Shown here one piece after another: positions 1 to 10,203 of a stretch of DNA of 64,000 nucleotides. The position numbers and the translations under genes are program-made. Location: the NCBI GenBank assembly GCA_963664115.2, contig CAXWPJ010000012.1, positions 64,001-128,000 on the forward strand. Reading direction: 5' to 3'. A model generated the notes under the pieces. It saw only the letters and a list, made by a program, of their open reading frames with translations. It had not been told where the DNA came from and did not search any database. Each line of letters starts with the position of its first letter. Within the stretch, counting starts at the first letter, position 1. The stretch comes from Terriglobia bacterium. GTDB taxonomy: Bacteria; Acidobacteriota; Terriglobia; 20CM-2-55-15.

Positions 1-27
1 AAAGGCTCCCCCAGCCAGGAGGAGCCA
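1..27 (-). terminator. Probable intrinsic terminator downstream of rpsA
   Basis: Minus strand reads GGCTCCTCC-TGGCT-GGGGGAGCC-TTT; the U-tract is cut by the window edge. Confidence 0.55.
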
Positions 28-110
28 TATAAACATACGGTTGCGCATAGAACGCCTCGTTACTATTTTCCGATCAGCCGATTGCCTGCCGATGCACCTG
101 TCCGATCCGG

Positions 111-1868
111 CTACTGATCCGCATCCTTTGCCTGAAACAAGTCTGCGAGCGTCGCACTGCCATCGTCACCCTCGCGATAGGGTTCTGCTGCTTCCTGATG
201 ACGTTCGGCTTCTTCCGCTGTCGCTTTCCAACTCAATCCAATTTTCCGCTCAGCGGGATTCAGCTTGATGATCCGGAGTTCAATCTCATCACCGACATTG
301 AATCGCGCTTCCGGATTGTCGCGATCGGCATCGTCCAATTCCGAAACGTGACACAGACCTTCAACGCCATCGGCAAGTTCGACGAATATCCCGAACGGCG
401 CATGCCGGATCACCTGACCCTTGACGTTCGCACCAACCTTGTGCGTATCGAAGAATTCATCCCAGCCGTCCGGTTCCAACTGCCGGATGCCCAGCGACAG
501 GCGGTGGCTGTCGACATCGATGTTAAGAATGACTGCATTCACCAGGTCGCCCTTCTTCAAGGCCTCTGATGGATGTTTGATTCTGCGTTGCGAAATGTCC
601 GACACGTGAACCAGGCCATCGATACCTTCTTCAACTTCAATGAATGCACCAAAGTCCGTCAAATTGCGAACCCGCCCGGATATCACCGAATCCACGGTGT
701 AACGCTCGGCAAGGGTGCTCCAGGGATCCGGTTCGATCTGTTTCAGCCCTAAGGAAATCCGCCGATTCTCGCCGTCCAAATCGAGTACAAGCGCCTCGAT
801 GTCCTGACCGACTTCGAGGACCTTGGACGGATGCTTCACCCGTTTGCTCCAGGACATCTCTGACACGTGAATAAGACCTTCAACGCCCGCTTCCAGTTCA
901 ACGAATGCGCCGTAGTCGGTAATGTTCACCACCTTACCCTGAACCCTGTCTCCGACAGGATAACGGTCCCTCACGACGGACCAGGGATCCGGAGACAACT
1001 GCTTGAAGCCCAACGAAACCCTTTCCTTTTCTCTATCGAACTTCAGTATCTTCACTCTTGTCTCATCACCGACTTTGAACATCTCGGAGGGATGGTTCAC
1101 TCTTCCCCAAGACAGGTCGGTAACGTGAAGCAGACCATCGAGGCCGCCCAGATCGACAAACACGCCGTAATCGGTAATGTTCTTCACCACGCCTTCGATA
1201 ATCGCGCCTTCTTCGAGCGTCGCCAGGGTTTCTGACTTCTTCACATCCAACTGTTCTTCGAGGACGAGTTTGCGGGACAGGACGATGTTGCCACGCTTGC
1301 GGTTCAGCTTGATCACCCGGCACTGTATGTCCTGACCTCTGAGCGAATCCAGGTTCTTTATCGGCCGCACGTCGATTTGGGAACCCGGCAAAAACGCTCG
1401 CACGCCGACATCCACACTGAGGCCGCCCTTGATCCGTTCGATGACGCGGCCGGTTATGATCGCGCCGTCATCGTAGGCCTTTTCGACGTCTTCCCAAACA
1501 CGAACCTTTTCCGCCTTTTCCTTGGAAAGAACGATATGTCCATCGCGGTCCTCGGTCTTTTCTATGAAGACGTCAACCTCATCGCCCACAGCGACTTCAA
1601 CTTCTCCGGAATCGTTCCGGAACTGGCTAAGCGGAATCATTCCCTCGGACTTGTATCCGATATCTACTACAGCTTCATTCTCCGTGACCTTCAGAACCGT
1701 CCCCTTGAGAACTTCACCTTCTTCGAACTTGCGGAATCCGCCGTACTGATCTAAAAGTTGCTCGTAACTTACCTCCTCTTCTTCGCCTCCCTGGGAAGTG
1801 GCGAATTGTCCGCTCCCCTCTGCGTCACCGGAAGGGATATCGGTCAATTCTTCGGGTTTGTTAACCAT
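111..1868 (-). CDS. rpsA: 30S ribosomal protein S1
   Basis: Six S1 repeats (GVVKNITDYGVFVDLGG, VTDLSWGRVNHPSE, NLTDFGAFIE). ATG at 1868 preferred, with AGGAGG upstream. Confidence 0.97.
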   Translation of the reverse strand: MVNKPEELTDIPSGDAEGSGQFATSQGGEEEEVSYEQLLDQYGGFRKFEEGEVLKGTVLKVTENEAVVDIGYKSEGMIPLSQFRNDSGEVEVAVGDEVDVFIEKTEDRDGHIVLSKEKAEKVRVWEDVEKAYDDGAIITGRVIERIKGGLSVDVGVRAFLPGSQIDVRPIKNLDSLRGQDIQCRVIKLNRKRGNIVLSRKLVLEEQLDVKKSETLATLEEGAIIEGVVKNITDYGVFVDLGGLDGLLHVTDLSWGRVNHPSEMFKVGDETRVKILKFDREKERVSLGFKQLSPDPWSVVRDRYPVGDRVQGKVVNITDYGAFVELEAGVEGLIHVSEMSWSKRVKHPSKVLEVGQDIEALVLDLDGENRRISLGLKQIEPDPWSTLAERYTVDSVISGRVRNLTDFGAFIEVEEGIDGLVHVSDISQRRIKHPSEALKKGDLVNAVILNIDVDSHRLSLGIRQLEPDGWDEFFDTHKVGANVKGQVIRHAPFGIFVELADGVEGLCHVSELDDADRDNPEARFNVGDEIELRIIKLNPAERKIGLSWKATAEEAERHQEAAEPYREGDDGSATLADLFQAKDADQ

Positions 1869-2101
1869 TTGACTTGGCTTCCTCCTGCATAAATTGCGAG
1901 CCGCTAAGGTACCGGATTTCACCCACTATTGCAACCTTGCCGCAGGGCTCCGACTAGCCTCAGCTATCTGATCCTCGGGCATTTATCGCGCTTGCCCTCC
2001 CGGCCTGAAGGACAATCTCACAGGGCGAAACAGACCCCCAATTCCCCTACCCTGGCTCCGAGTCTTGTCGAGACTGTGCAGGCCCTCTATAATGGGAGCT
2101 T

Positions 2102-2308
2102 ATGAGAAACGGTATCCACCCTGACTACGTCGACTCGGTTGTCACCTGCGCCTGCGGAGAGACGTTCCGCACCCGATCGACCAAGGCCGAGATCCACCTG
2201 GACATATGCTCCAAGTGCCATCCATTCTTCACCGGCAAGCAGAAGCTGATCGATACCGCGGGCCGGGTCGAACGATTCCAGCGCAAGTACGCTAAAAATA
2301 AGGAGTAG
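2102..2308 (+). CDS. rpmE: 50S ribosomal protein L31, Zn-binding type
   Basis: [12 protein letters not shown] and [22 protein letters not shown]. Confidence 0.97.
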   Translation: MRNGIHPDYVDSVVTCACGETFRTRSTKAEIHLDICSKCHPFFTGKQKLIDTAGRVERFQRKYAKNKE

Positions 2309-2469
2309 GCGGGCCATGCGATTCCTTCCCCGCCTGAAGTGCATCTGTTTGACGCAGACAGGATGGGAACATCGGAATCGGGTCCCGGCGCATGTTGCTC
2401 CGAACAGACTGAAACTACTGCGGCAGGAACTGCGAGAAGCCCTGACCGCGGGCACGGAAATGTTTAGCG

Positions 2470-3558
2470 ATGAATGACGCGCTTCTTGTCGAAAAACTAG
2501 CCACGCTGGAAGTACGCTACCAGGAACTGACCGAGGAACTGGGTGATCCTGAGGTCGTGACCAACAACCTCCGCTATCAGAAGATCGCCAAGGTACATAG
2601 CGAACTTGGCGAAATCGTTGAGAGATTCGACCAATTCCGTACTCTACAGAAAAAGCTCGCTGAAACCAGAAGTATGTCGGAAGACGGAGACGAAGATCCG
2701 GAAATGAAAGCCCTGGTGGGCGAAGAGTTGGCAACTCTTGAATCCAGCCTGGAAACCTGCCGCCAGGATCTGAAAGTCCTGTTGCTGCCAAAAGATCCCA
2801 ACGACGAACGAAACGTGATTCTTGAAATTCGGGCCGGTACCGGCGGGGATGAAGCCACACTCTTCACGGCCGACTTGTTCCGGATGTACTCCCGGTATGC
2901 CGAACGCCACCGCTGGAGGGTCGAGATCATGTCATCCAATCCAACCGGAGTTGGCGGTTTCAAAGAAATCATCCTCTTGGTCGAGGGTCATCAAGTGTAT
3001 AGCCAGCTGAAATATGAGAGCGGCGTTCACAGGGTGCAACGCGTACCGGCCACTGAAACCAGCGGAAGGACCCACACTTCAGCCGTGACGGTGGCGGTGC
3101 TTCCCGAAGCCGATGAAGTTGAAGTCCAAATCAGCGACAAGGACCTGCGCGTCGACACTTTTTGTTCTTCCGGGCCAGGCGGTCAGAGCGTCAACACCAC
3201 GTATTCGGCCATCCGCATCACACACATTCCAACTGGACTGGTCGTTTCGTGTCAGGACGAAAAATCCCAAATCAAGAACAAGGCCAAAGCCATGCGCGTG
3301 CTGCGCTCCCGCCTTTTCGACCTGGAACTGGAAAAACAACAGCAGGCCATGGCCCAGGAGCGGCGTTCGATGGTCGGCACCGGAGACCGGAGTGAGAAGA
3401 TCCGAACGTACAACTACCCTCAAAACCGCGTTACAGATCACAGAATTGGTCTGACACTTCACCAGCTGGAAGCTGTCACCGGCGGCGAACTCGACGTAAT
3501 CCTGGAAGCGCTCACCACGCACTACCAGGCGGAACGACTCAAGAAAGCAGTGGCGTGA
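2470..3558 (+). CDS. prfA: Peptide chain release factor 1
   Basis: GGQ motif, PAT anticodon-mimic motif, [25 protein letters not shown]. Confidence 0.97.
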   Translation: MNDALLVEKLATLEVRYQELTEELGDPEVVTNNLRYQKIAKVHSELGEIVERFDQFRTLQKKLAETRSMSEDGDEDPEMKALVGEELATLESSLETCRQDLKVLLLPKDPNDERNVILEIRAGTGGDEATLFTADLFRMYSRYAERHRWRVEIMSSNPTGVGGFKEIILLVEGHQVYSQLKYESGVHRVQRVPATETSGRTHTSAVTVAVLPEADEVEVQISDKDLRVDTFCSSGPGGQSVNTTYSAIRITHIPTGLVVSCQDEKSQIKNKAKAMRVLRSRLFDLELEKQQQAMAQERRSMVGTGDRSEKIRTYNYPQNRVTDHRIGLTLHQLEAVTGGELDVILEALTTHYQAERLKKAVA

Positions 3559-4385
3559 CGCTCGGCGAAACCCTCGCGGCCGCAAGCAAATCCCTGGACG
3601 AACATCGCATTGCGTCCGCGCGCTTGACCGCCGACGTCCTGCTCGCGCACTGCATGGACGTCGACCGGCCTTTCCTTTACGCTCACACCGATAATCGTCT
3701 CAGCGAAAAATCGTATAAGTCCTACCGATCAATGATAGCCCGCCGCATCGCGGGCGAACCGCTCCAATACATCACCGGTGTCCAGGAGTTTTACGGCAGA
3801 CGCTTTTCTGTCGACCCTTCGGTGCTCATACCCCGACCGGAAACCGAGGGTGTCATCGCAGCGGTCCTCGAAATCAAGCCCGGACCCGACTCGAGAATCA
3901 TCGACATCGGCACCGGTTCCGGATGCATAGCCTGCACGATGGCGCTGGAGTTGCCCGGGGTATCCGTATCGGCTTCGGACATTTCCCTGGCGGCCCTGCG
4001 AACGGCTCAAAAAAACGCAACAGCGCTGCGGGCGCAGGTGGATTTCGTCTGTATGGAATCGCTTGGCGCATGGTCCGGACATTTTGACGTGATCGTCTCC
4101 AACCCGCCCTATGTGGCTGGGGAAGACTACGATGGTCTGCAACGTGAGGTCCGCGATTTCGAACCCAGGGTGGCGCTGATCGGTGACCCCGACCCGCTCG
4201 AGTTCTACCGGCGCCTGTGCTCCCAGGCCCACGAACGCCTGGTCGATAGCGGCACTCTTGTGGTCGAAATTGGATATTCGATGGAGACGGCTGTCCGGGG
4301 TCTCTTTGACCGGGGATGGGAATTGTTGCCCACACGCAACGATCTTCAGGGCATACCCCGTGTCATCGCCGCTCGCAAACGTTAG
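3555..4385 (+). CDS. prmC: Release factor glutamine methyltransferase
   Basis: [21 protein letters not shown]; overlaps prfA stop. Confidence 0.95.
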   Translation: MTLGETLAAASKSLDEHRIASARLTADVLLAHCMDVDRPFLYAHTDNRLSEKSYKSYRSMIARRIAGEPLQYITGVQEFYGRRFSVDPSVLIPRPETEGVIAAVLEIKPGPDSRIIDIGTGSGCIACTMALELPGVSVSASDISLAALRTAQKNATALRAQVDFVCMESLGAWSGHFDVIVSNPPYVAGEDYDGLQREVRDFEPRVALIGDPDPLEFYRRLCSQAHERLVDSGTLVVEIGYSMETAVRGLFDRGWELLPTRNDLQGIPRVIAARKR

Positions 4386-4450
4386 GGGACGGACACGTCC
4401 TGTTGAATTATGGCCTGATTCGTCAATGTCGTTTGAAGTGTCCGTCCCCT
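4384..4450. repeat. REP-like inverted repeat
   Basis: AGGGGACGGACAC (4384-4396) / GTGTCCGTCCCCT (4438-4450), perfect 13-bp arms. Confidence 0.6.
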
Positions 4451-4574
4451 GAGGTTTTTGTCTAGACGAAGTTTCGAGAACTGAGCTAAGCTTGCGACCG
4501 CGGCTTCAAAGTTATTCGAATTGCTGGCTTTAACTCCTGCCTCGTCGGATAATCCGGAGTACACGAGGATTCTT

Positions 4575-5804
4575 ATGCATCGGTATTTGCTCATTGTCCT
4601 CCTGGGAAGTCTTGCCGGCACCGCATTCGGGCAAGCGGACCAGGAAAATACGACCCGCATGACCCGTATCTCCAAGATGAGCGCGACGACATCCGGCGAT
4701 CGCGGCACGTTCACTGTCCCCGGCGTTGAGACACTGAACCGGAACCAGTTTTCCTTTGGGATGGGGTGGAACAATTTTGACCGCACTCCCCGGGATCTGG
4801 ACATCAATTCCGTACCGGCGTTCCTCTCCTACGGTCTCACAGGCAGGTTTACCGTAACCGCAACTTTCGAAACGCAAAAACAAATTGCGGCGCGGAACCT
4901 GTCGCAGCCGGGTTTTTTCACTCGATTACCTTTTATTAACAGCCGTTTTTCGGAAGGGTTCGGAGACACCCTGCTGAACTTCAAGTACCGCATTCAACGC
5001 AAAGCGGACAACGTTGGGGGCATTGCCCTGTCGGGCTTCGTAAAGATTCCCACAGCTGACGAAACCCAGGGTCTGGGTACCGGCAAGGTCGACGGAGGTA
5101 TCGAATTGCTGTTCACTTCCCTGTTGCCACTCAATTTCATGTTGCACTCAAGCATGGGACTGGTTTCAACGGCGGATCCGGAGGTGCCCGTACCCATCGG
5201 TTTGAAGGACGAAATGCGGAGCGGTATCGGCGTTGCGTGGCCGGCGTCTGGAATCAGCCTGCTGGGAAACGAGCATCTGCTCCAGGGGATCTTCGAGTAC
5301 ACCAGTGTCACGTTCATTGGCGCAGGGACTCTGAACGACGTCATTCAAAGCCCTTCGGATCTGACGGTAGGACTCCGCTACCTCAGCCTTGGCCGCGGTC
5401 TGACCTTCAATGCCGGATACAGGCGTAACTCTAATTTTGACCTATCTTTTCCAGGAAATACTGAAAGTGATGGATTCATATTTGGCATCAGCTACACCCA
5501 GCCGGTTGAAGCCGTGCTGACCAACAATTCTCCGCTGGTTCTCCTGGAGGCGCCTTCCGATGAAGTCTCCGTTGGCGCTGCCCTCGAAATCACCGCAACG
5601 TCCTTTGACGCAGACAACGACGACCTGAGCTTGGCCTGGACCACAACGGGCGGACAGATTATTGGTGAAGGCGAAACCGTAAGTTTCGACGCTACAGGCC
5701 TCACACCCGGCCCCTACACCGTCCGAGCCCTCGTAACCGACGGTCAAGGCGGAGAGTTATTGTCAAAAGTGGTGTTTAGGAGATTGATTCAAGCGGCGGC
5801 CTGA
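4575..5804 (+). CDS. Secreted outer-membrane beta-barrel-like protein with C-terminal Ig/PKD-like domain; 3' end interrupted by IS256
   Basis: Signal peptide, amphipathic beta strands, DADNDDLSLAWTTTGG...YTVRALVTDGQGG. The last 16 residues are IS-encoded; the native tail lies at 7148-7186. Confidence 0.75.
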   Translation: MHRYLLIVLLGSLAGTAFGQADQENTTRMTRISKMSATTSGDRGTFTVPGVETLNRNQFSFGMGWNNFDRTPRDLDINSVPAFLSYGLTGRFTVTATFETQKQIAARNLSQPGFFTRLPFINSRFSEGFGDTLLNFKYRIQRKADNVGGIALSGFVKIPTADETQGLGTGKVDGGIELLFTSLLPLNFMLHSSMGLVSTADPEVPVPIGLKDEMRSGIGVAWPASGISLLGNEHLLQGIFEYTSVTFIGAGTLNDVIQSPSDLTVGLRYLSLGRGLTFNAGYRRNSNFDLSFPGNTESDGFIFGISYTQPVEAVLTNNSPLVLLEAPSDEVSVGAALEITATSFDADNDDLSLAWTTTGGQIIGEGETVSFDATGLTPGPYTVRALVTDGQGGELLSKVVFRRLIQAAA

Positions 5805-7138
5805 TCGACTTGTGTCGCTTCGACACCATCGTTGAATTTCACTCCGATGATTACCTTGCTCAGATCATCGAATCCTCGTAATCGTCGCCAATTGTTCTCA
5901 GCGCACTGGCCCAGTTTGAACATCATGTGCAGCATGCCATCCCGTGTCAGGCAACCTCTGGATCGCTTCGTTCGGTGTCGAATGGTGGCAAAGGTCGACT
6001 CAATGGGATTCGTCGTTCTGATGCTCTGCCAGTGCTTGGCCGGAAAGTCGTAAAAGGCCAGCAGTTCCTCTCTGTCTTTCTGCAGGCAGAGTGTGGCTTT
6101 CGGATACTTCGGTTCATAGGTTTCAATGAACAAGTCGAATGCCTTCTCGGCGTCTGCCTTCGTCTCGGCCTGCCAGATCGAGTGCAGGGCCTGTTTCGCC
6201 TTCGCCTGGACCGACTTGGGCAGGCAGTTGAGGACGTTCATGACTTTGTGCATCCAGCAACGTTGTTGACGTGTCTCGGGATAGATTTCCTCCAGTGCGG
6301 CCCAGAACCCCATCGCACCGTCACCGATGGCCAACTTCGGAACATTCATCCCACGGGACTTCAGCTTCAACAAGACCTCGCGCCAACTCTGTGTCGATTC
6401 CCGTACACCGTCTTCGATCGCCAGGAAACGCTTCTCTCCGCGTTCATTCACGCCGATCACGACCAATGCACACAACTTGGTTTGTTCCGCCCGAAGTCCG
6501 CTGTAGATGCCGTCGGCCCAGACATAGACCCAGCGATCTGCATCCAAACGCTCCTCGCATCCGAGGCGGTACTGTTCGCCCCAAACCTGTTTCAACCGCG
6601 ATACCGTGCTCGCCGACAGACCCTGCGCCTGGGGACCGACAAGAACTTTTAGGGCCTCACCCATCTCGCCGCTGGAAACGCCTTTCAAATACAACCACGG
6701 CACCGCTGCTTCCAGCGACTTCGTCTTCCGAATGTACGGTGGTACCAGGGCCGATCGGAACGTCACAGCTTCGCCCGTCTTGGCACGGACCTTCGGGATT
6801 TGGACTGTTACCGGACCCAATCCCGTCTGCAGTTCGCGTTCCGGCAGATAACCGTTGCGTACCACCCCGGCGTTTCCTGTCTCAGTTCGCCGGCCACCGT
6901 GCTGGGATAGCAGCTCTGCCAATTCGGCTTCCACTGCGCGTTGGATCAGTTGCTGTGCCCCAACTCGTAGTAGTTCTGTTACTGGATCCTCAATCGTTTC
7001 TCGACCTTCCGGTCCATTCACGTTACTCTTGCTCACAGTGGCGTATCTCCTATGGTTGCTTTGAAGTTTTGTCACAACAAATCAACCAGATACGCCGCTC
7101 TTATTCAATCCCTCAAACACCAGATTCGGTTATAACTC
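5754..7138 (-). mobile_element. IS256-family insertion sequence, 1385 bp
   Basis: Imperfect terminal IRs GAGTTATtgtcaaaagTGGTGTTT / GAGTTATaaccgaatcTGGTGTTT; 9-bp target duplication CAAGGCGGA at 5745-5753 and 7139-7147. Confidence 0.95.
5789..7036 (-). CDS. IS256-family (Mutator-type) transposase
   Basis: RNGY, YVWADGIY, IGDGAMGFW, QRCWMH, IRTTNPIES motifs; GTG start at 7036 with SD. Confidence 0.95.
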   Translation of the reverse strand: MSKSNVNGPEGRETIEDPVTELLRVGAQQLIQRAVEAELAELLSQHGGRRTETGNAGVVRNGYLPERELQTGLGPVTVQIPKVRAKTGEAVTFRSALVPPYIRKTKSLEAAVPWLYLKGVSSGEMGEALKVLVGPQAQGLSASTVSRLKQVWGEQYRLGCEERLDADRWVYVWADGIYSGLRAEQTKLCALVVIGVNERGEKRFLAIEDGVRESTQSWREVLLKLKSRGMNVPKLAIGDGAMGFWAALEEIYPETRQQRCWMHKVMNVLNCLPKSVQAKAKQALHSIWQAETKADAEKAFDLFIETYEPKYPKATLCLQKDREELLAFYDFPAKHWQSIRTTNPIESTFATIRHRTKRSRGCLTRDGMLHMMFKLGQCAENNWRRLRGFDDLSKVIIGVKFNDGVEATQVDQAAA

Positions 7139-7147
7139 CAAGGCGGA

Positions 7148-7186
7148 TCGAGTCAGGCGGAAGTCACTATTACGGTCACACCGTAA
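7148..7186 (+). pseudogene. Detached native 3' end (SSQAEVTITVTP*) of the 4575 gene
   Basis: In frame with DGQGG when the IS and one TSD copy are removed. Confidence 0.85.
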
Positions 7187-7195
7187 GGCAGAACC

Positions 7196-7240
7196 AGTTA
7201 AGAGTTAAAAGTTAAGGCCGATGGCTCTTAACTTTTAGCT
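7196..7240. repeat. Heptamer tandem repeat (AGTTAAR)x3 with inverted partner
   Basis: AGTTAAG AGTTAAA AGTTAAG ... CTCTTAACTTTTAGCT; the same 19-mer recurs at 60609. Confidence 0.6.
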
Positions 7241-8169
7241 TCCTTCCGGTACCACTCGATCGTTCGTTCCAGTCCTTCAGGGAAAGTTACCGAAGGGCTC
7301 CAGTTGAGAATCTCACGCGCCCGCGAGATGTCGGCCCTCGAGTGTCGGATGTCGCCGGCTCGCGCGGCCGCATGGATGGCCTCAACATTTTGGCCCGTCA
7401 AAGCCCGCGTTTCCTCGAAGACTGCCTTCACCGTAACTTCTTGGCCTGATGCAATATTGAATATCTGTCCCACCCCACGCCGGGCCTCCGCAGCCCGAAG
7501 ATTAGCCGCGACAACGTCAGCCACATAGACGAAGTCCCGGGTTTGCAGTCCGTCTTCATAGATCGTGGGGACACGTGCCTCAAGGACGGCGGGAATAAAC
7601 TTTGCGAACACTCCGCTGTAGTCGGAAGACGCGTCCTGCCGCGGACCGAACACGTTGAAATATCTTAGCGAGACGGTCTCCAGTCCGTAGCTACTCCAGA
7701 ATAGCTGCGCATAGACCTCTCCAAGGTATTTCTGAGCGCCGTATGGAGATATCGGCTCGGCCGGCATGTCCTCAAATTTGGGCAGTACCGGATTGTCTCC
7801 GTATACCGCCGAAGACGACGCATAGACAACGCGGCGCACACCGGCATCCCGGCAGGCTACGAGGAGGCGTAGCGTAGCACTGACATTGGCTTCGTGGGAG
7901 GCAAGCGGATCGCTGATCGAACGAGGGACCGACGGGATCGCTGCCTGGTGAAATACCGTATCCACACCCACCAGATGTTGTTCAAGGCTTGCCTCCCGGA
8001 CGAGATCAAGCTTTCGAAATTCAATTGATTTCTCAACACCTCGAAGATTCTCCGGCTTCCCCGTCGATAAATTATCGAGTACGACAACCTTGTCGCCTCG
8101 CTCGACGAGGGCTTCCGCAATGTGGGAGCCAATGAAGCCGGCCCCACCGGTAACGACATGAACAGCCAA
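7228..8169 (-). CDS. NAD-dependent nucleotide-sugar epimerase/dehydratase (extended SDR)
   Basis: VTGGAGFIGSH, YGAQK (YxxxK), RYFNVFGPRQD. Confidence 0.92.
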   Translation of the reverse strand: MAVHVVTGGAGFIGSHIAEALVERGDKVVVLDNLSTGKPENLRGVEKSIEFRKLDLVREASLEQHLVGVDTVFHQAAIPSVPRSISDPLASHEANVSATLRLLVACRDAGVRRVVYASSSAVYGDNPVLPKFEDMPAEPISPYGAQKYLGEVYAQLFWSSYGLETVSLRYFNVFGPRQDASSDYSGVFAKFIPAVLEARVPTIYEDGLQTRDFVYVADVVAANLRAAEARRGVGQIFNIASGQEVTVKAVFEETRALTGQNVEAIHAAARAGDIRHSRADISRAREILNWSPSVTFPEGLERTIEWYRKEAKS

Positions 8170-8210
8170 AGTTCCTCCGTATCGGGTCTATTTCGGGTGG
8201 GTGTCTGCCG

Positions 8211-8666
8211 GCGGGTGCGCTGTAAGCCGAATTCTGTTCCCCGACCGGGGCCGGGGCGGCAATCATTCATCTGGATCCCGGCTTTCACCGGGATTCGAGC
8301 GGCCTACCCGGAAGCTCGGACGAGCCGTCCTTCGACGCGCCTAAGCGCGACACACTTCCCTATTTGGCCTTGCTCCGTGTGGGGTTTGCCAAGCCGGTCC
8401 GTCACCGAACCGCTGGTGCGCTCTTACCGCACCTTTTCACCCTTACCGCTATTAAATTGAGGTCAGAGCCCTATTTCCCCTTTTAACCGGAACATTCCCG
8501 GCCGTCGAAATTAGGGAAATAGGGCTCTGACCCCAATTTCAAACAGCGGCGGTATATTTTCTGTGGCACTTTCCGTCCCTTTCGGGCCCCCGAATTACGG
8601 GGCACACTGCCCTGTGGAGTTCGGACTTTCCTCTCCCTTGACGGAAGCGATTGCCCACCCACCCGC
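8211..8666 (-). ncRNA. rnpB: RNase P RNA, bacterial type A, with enlarged P12
   Basis: GAGGAAAGTCCGAACTCC, AGTGCCACAGAAAA, GGTAAGGGTGAAAAGGTGCGGTAAGAGCGCACC, ACAGAATTCGGCTTA; P1 GCGGGTG/CACCCGC. Confidence 0.96.
8454..8539. repeat. Palindromic element inside rnpB P12
   Basis: 26-bp arms AAATTGRGGTCAGAGCCCTATTTCCC at 8454-8479 and 8514-8539; the one mismatch is G.U in the RNA sense. Confidence 0.8.
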
Positions 8667-8719
8667 ACTGCAGACACCTCCAATATAGATACCACAGCGA
8701 TGCGGGCCAACGCTTTTCT

Positions 8720-9646
8720 TTAAGCAGAGCCCTTGAGCCGACGCCAAAGCTCTTCAAGCTCGGGAGGCAAGGGTGAATGAAATGTCATAGCGGTTCCGTT
8801 CGATGGATGGGAAAACGCCAGGTCCGAAGCGTGCAGGAAATAACGATGAAATTCCCCCCACTTACGAACAAAAGCCCGATGCCGTTTTTCTCCGTATACC
8901 GTGTCGCCCACCACAGGATGCCCGATCGCGTTCAGATGGACCCGGATCTGGTGCGTACGTCCCGTTCGAATCCTTACCTCGAGCAAGGAAAACGAGGCCG
9001 ACCCCTCCAGCACCCGATAGTCTGAGAAGGCCGTTCGTCCACCCTTGTTACGTACAGCCATTCGGGTGCGTGCACTGGGATGACGACCGATGCTCAGCTC
9101 AACCGTCCCAGTCTCTTTGGACAGCCGGCCGTGAACGAGCGCACGGTAGGACTTTCGAACCTCACGTTTTTCGAAGCTCCTGGACAGTCGAGAGTGCGCC
9201 TCGTTGGTCTTGGCGATCAGAATTAATCCAGAAGTCCACTTGTCCAGTCGATGCACAATTCCGGGCCGACCCGCCCCTCCCGCGTCGGACAGATCGAGAA
9301 AGCGCGCCTGGAGCGCGTTAGCGAGCGTGCCGCCCCGATTACCTGAGCCCGGGTGGACAACCATCCCTGCCGGTTTTTCTATGATCGCGAGAGCTCGATC
9401 TTCGTAGTGAACTTCGAGAGGAATCGGCTCGGGCTCAAGCCTCAACGGTTCGGCGCTGGGTGGGGTAACCTGGATCATGTCGCCGGTTTGAAGCCGGTAC
9501 CCTGCTTTCTCTGCCTCCCCATTGACCAGAATCGCGCCACGCCGGTTCATAGACTGGAGTCGGGACCGCGTCAGGTCTTCAAAAAAGCGGGTCAGGAATA
9601 TGTCGAGTCGCGTACCGCGATCCTCAGGACCGGCTTCGAATTTCAT
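8720..9646 (-). CDS. rluD: RluA/RluD-family 23S rRNA pseudouridine synthase
   Basis: N-terminal S4 domain, KPAGMVVHP, IVHRLDK, TGRTHQIRVH. Confidence 0.88.
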   Translation of the reverse strand: MKFEAGPEDRGTRLDIFLTRFFEDLTRSRLQSMNRRGAILVNGEAEKAGYRLQTGDMIQVTPPSAEPLRLEPEPIPLEVHYEDRALAIIEKPAGMVVHPGSGNRGGTLANALQARFLDLSDAGGAGRPGIVHRLDKWTSGLILIAKTNEAHSRLSRSFEKREVRKSYRALVHGRLSKETGTVELSIGRHPSARTRMAVRNKGGRTAFSDYRVLEGSASFSLLEVRIRTGRTHQIRVHLNAIGHPVVGDTVYGEKRHRAFVRKWGEFHRYFLHASDLAFSHPSNGTAMTFHSPLPPELEELWRRLKGSA

Positions 9647-10136
9647 CTCGAATAATTTCCACCCCCAGGAGGGCTACGCCGACCGAAATCGCCGTGTCGG
9701 CAACATTGAAGTTTGGCCAGTAATAGGCATCCAGATGAAATTCCAGAAAATCAACGACATATCCATAGATCAAACGATCGTAAAGGTTGCCGATCGCGCC
9801 TCCGAATATGAGGGCGAGCCCTGTCTGCAAAACGCTCTGCCCGATCGGGCTCCGAACACTGTAAATCGCAACCACAACGGCGGCTGCAACGGCGAATCCC
9901 GACAGGACGACAACCCGGTACGGAGAGTCGGCTGAGGCAAACACGCCGAATGCAACACCGGTGTTGCGAACGTAGGTCAGGTTGAAGAAGCCGGCAATGA
10001 GCGTCAGGGATTCCCCCACCTCAAAGCGCTGATCGATGAGGAATTTCGTCAGTCGATCGACGAAAACCACTGCACCACTGAGAGCCAGGTAGGGCAATCT
10101 TTCCCTGATAATAAAACTGTCCCTCTGAGTCGTCAT
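9624..10136 (-). CDS. lspA: Lipoprotein signal peptidase II
   Basis: NTGVAFG, GAIGNLYDR, VVDF, FNVAD. Confidence 0.95.
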   Translation of the reverse strand: MTTQRDSFIIRERLPYLALSGAVVFVDRLTKFLIDQRFEVGESLTLIAGFFNLTYVRNTGVAFGVFASADSPYRVVVLSGFAVAAAVVVAIYSVRSPIGQSVLQTGLALIFGGAIGNLYDRLIYGYVVDFLEFHLDAYYWPNFNVADTAISVGVALLGVEIIRDEIRSRS

Positions 10137-10203
10137 GCTATGGTTCTAGGAAATCGCAAGTATGGTACTCTTGACTACGTAAACCATAGTATAGACAAGT
10201 CCA

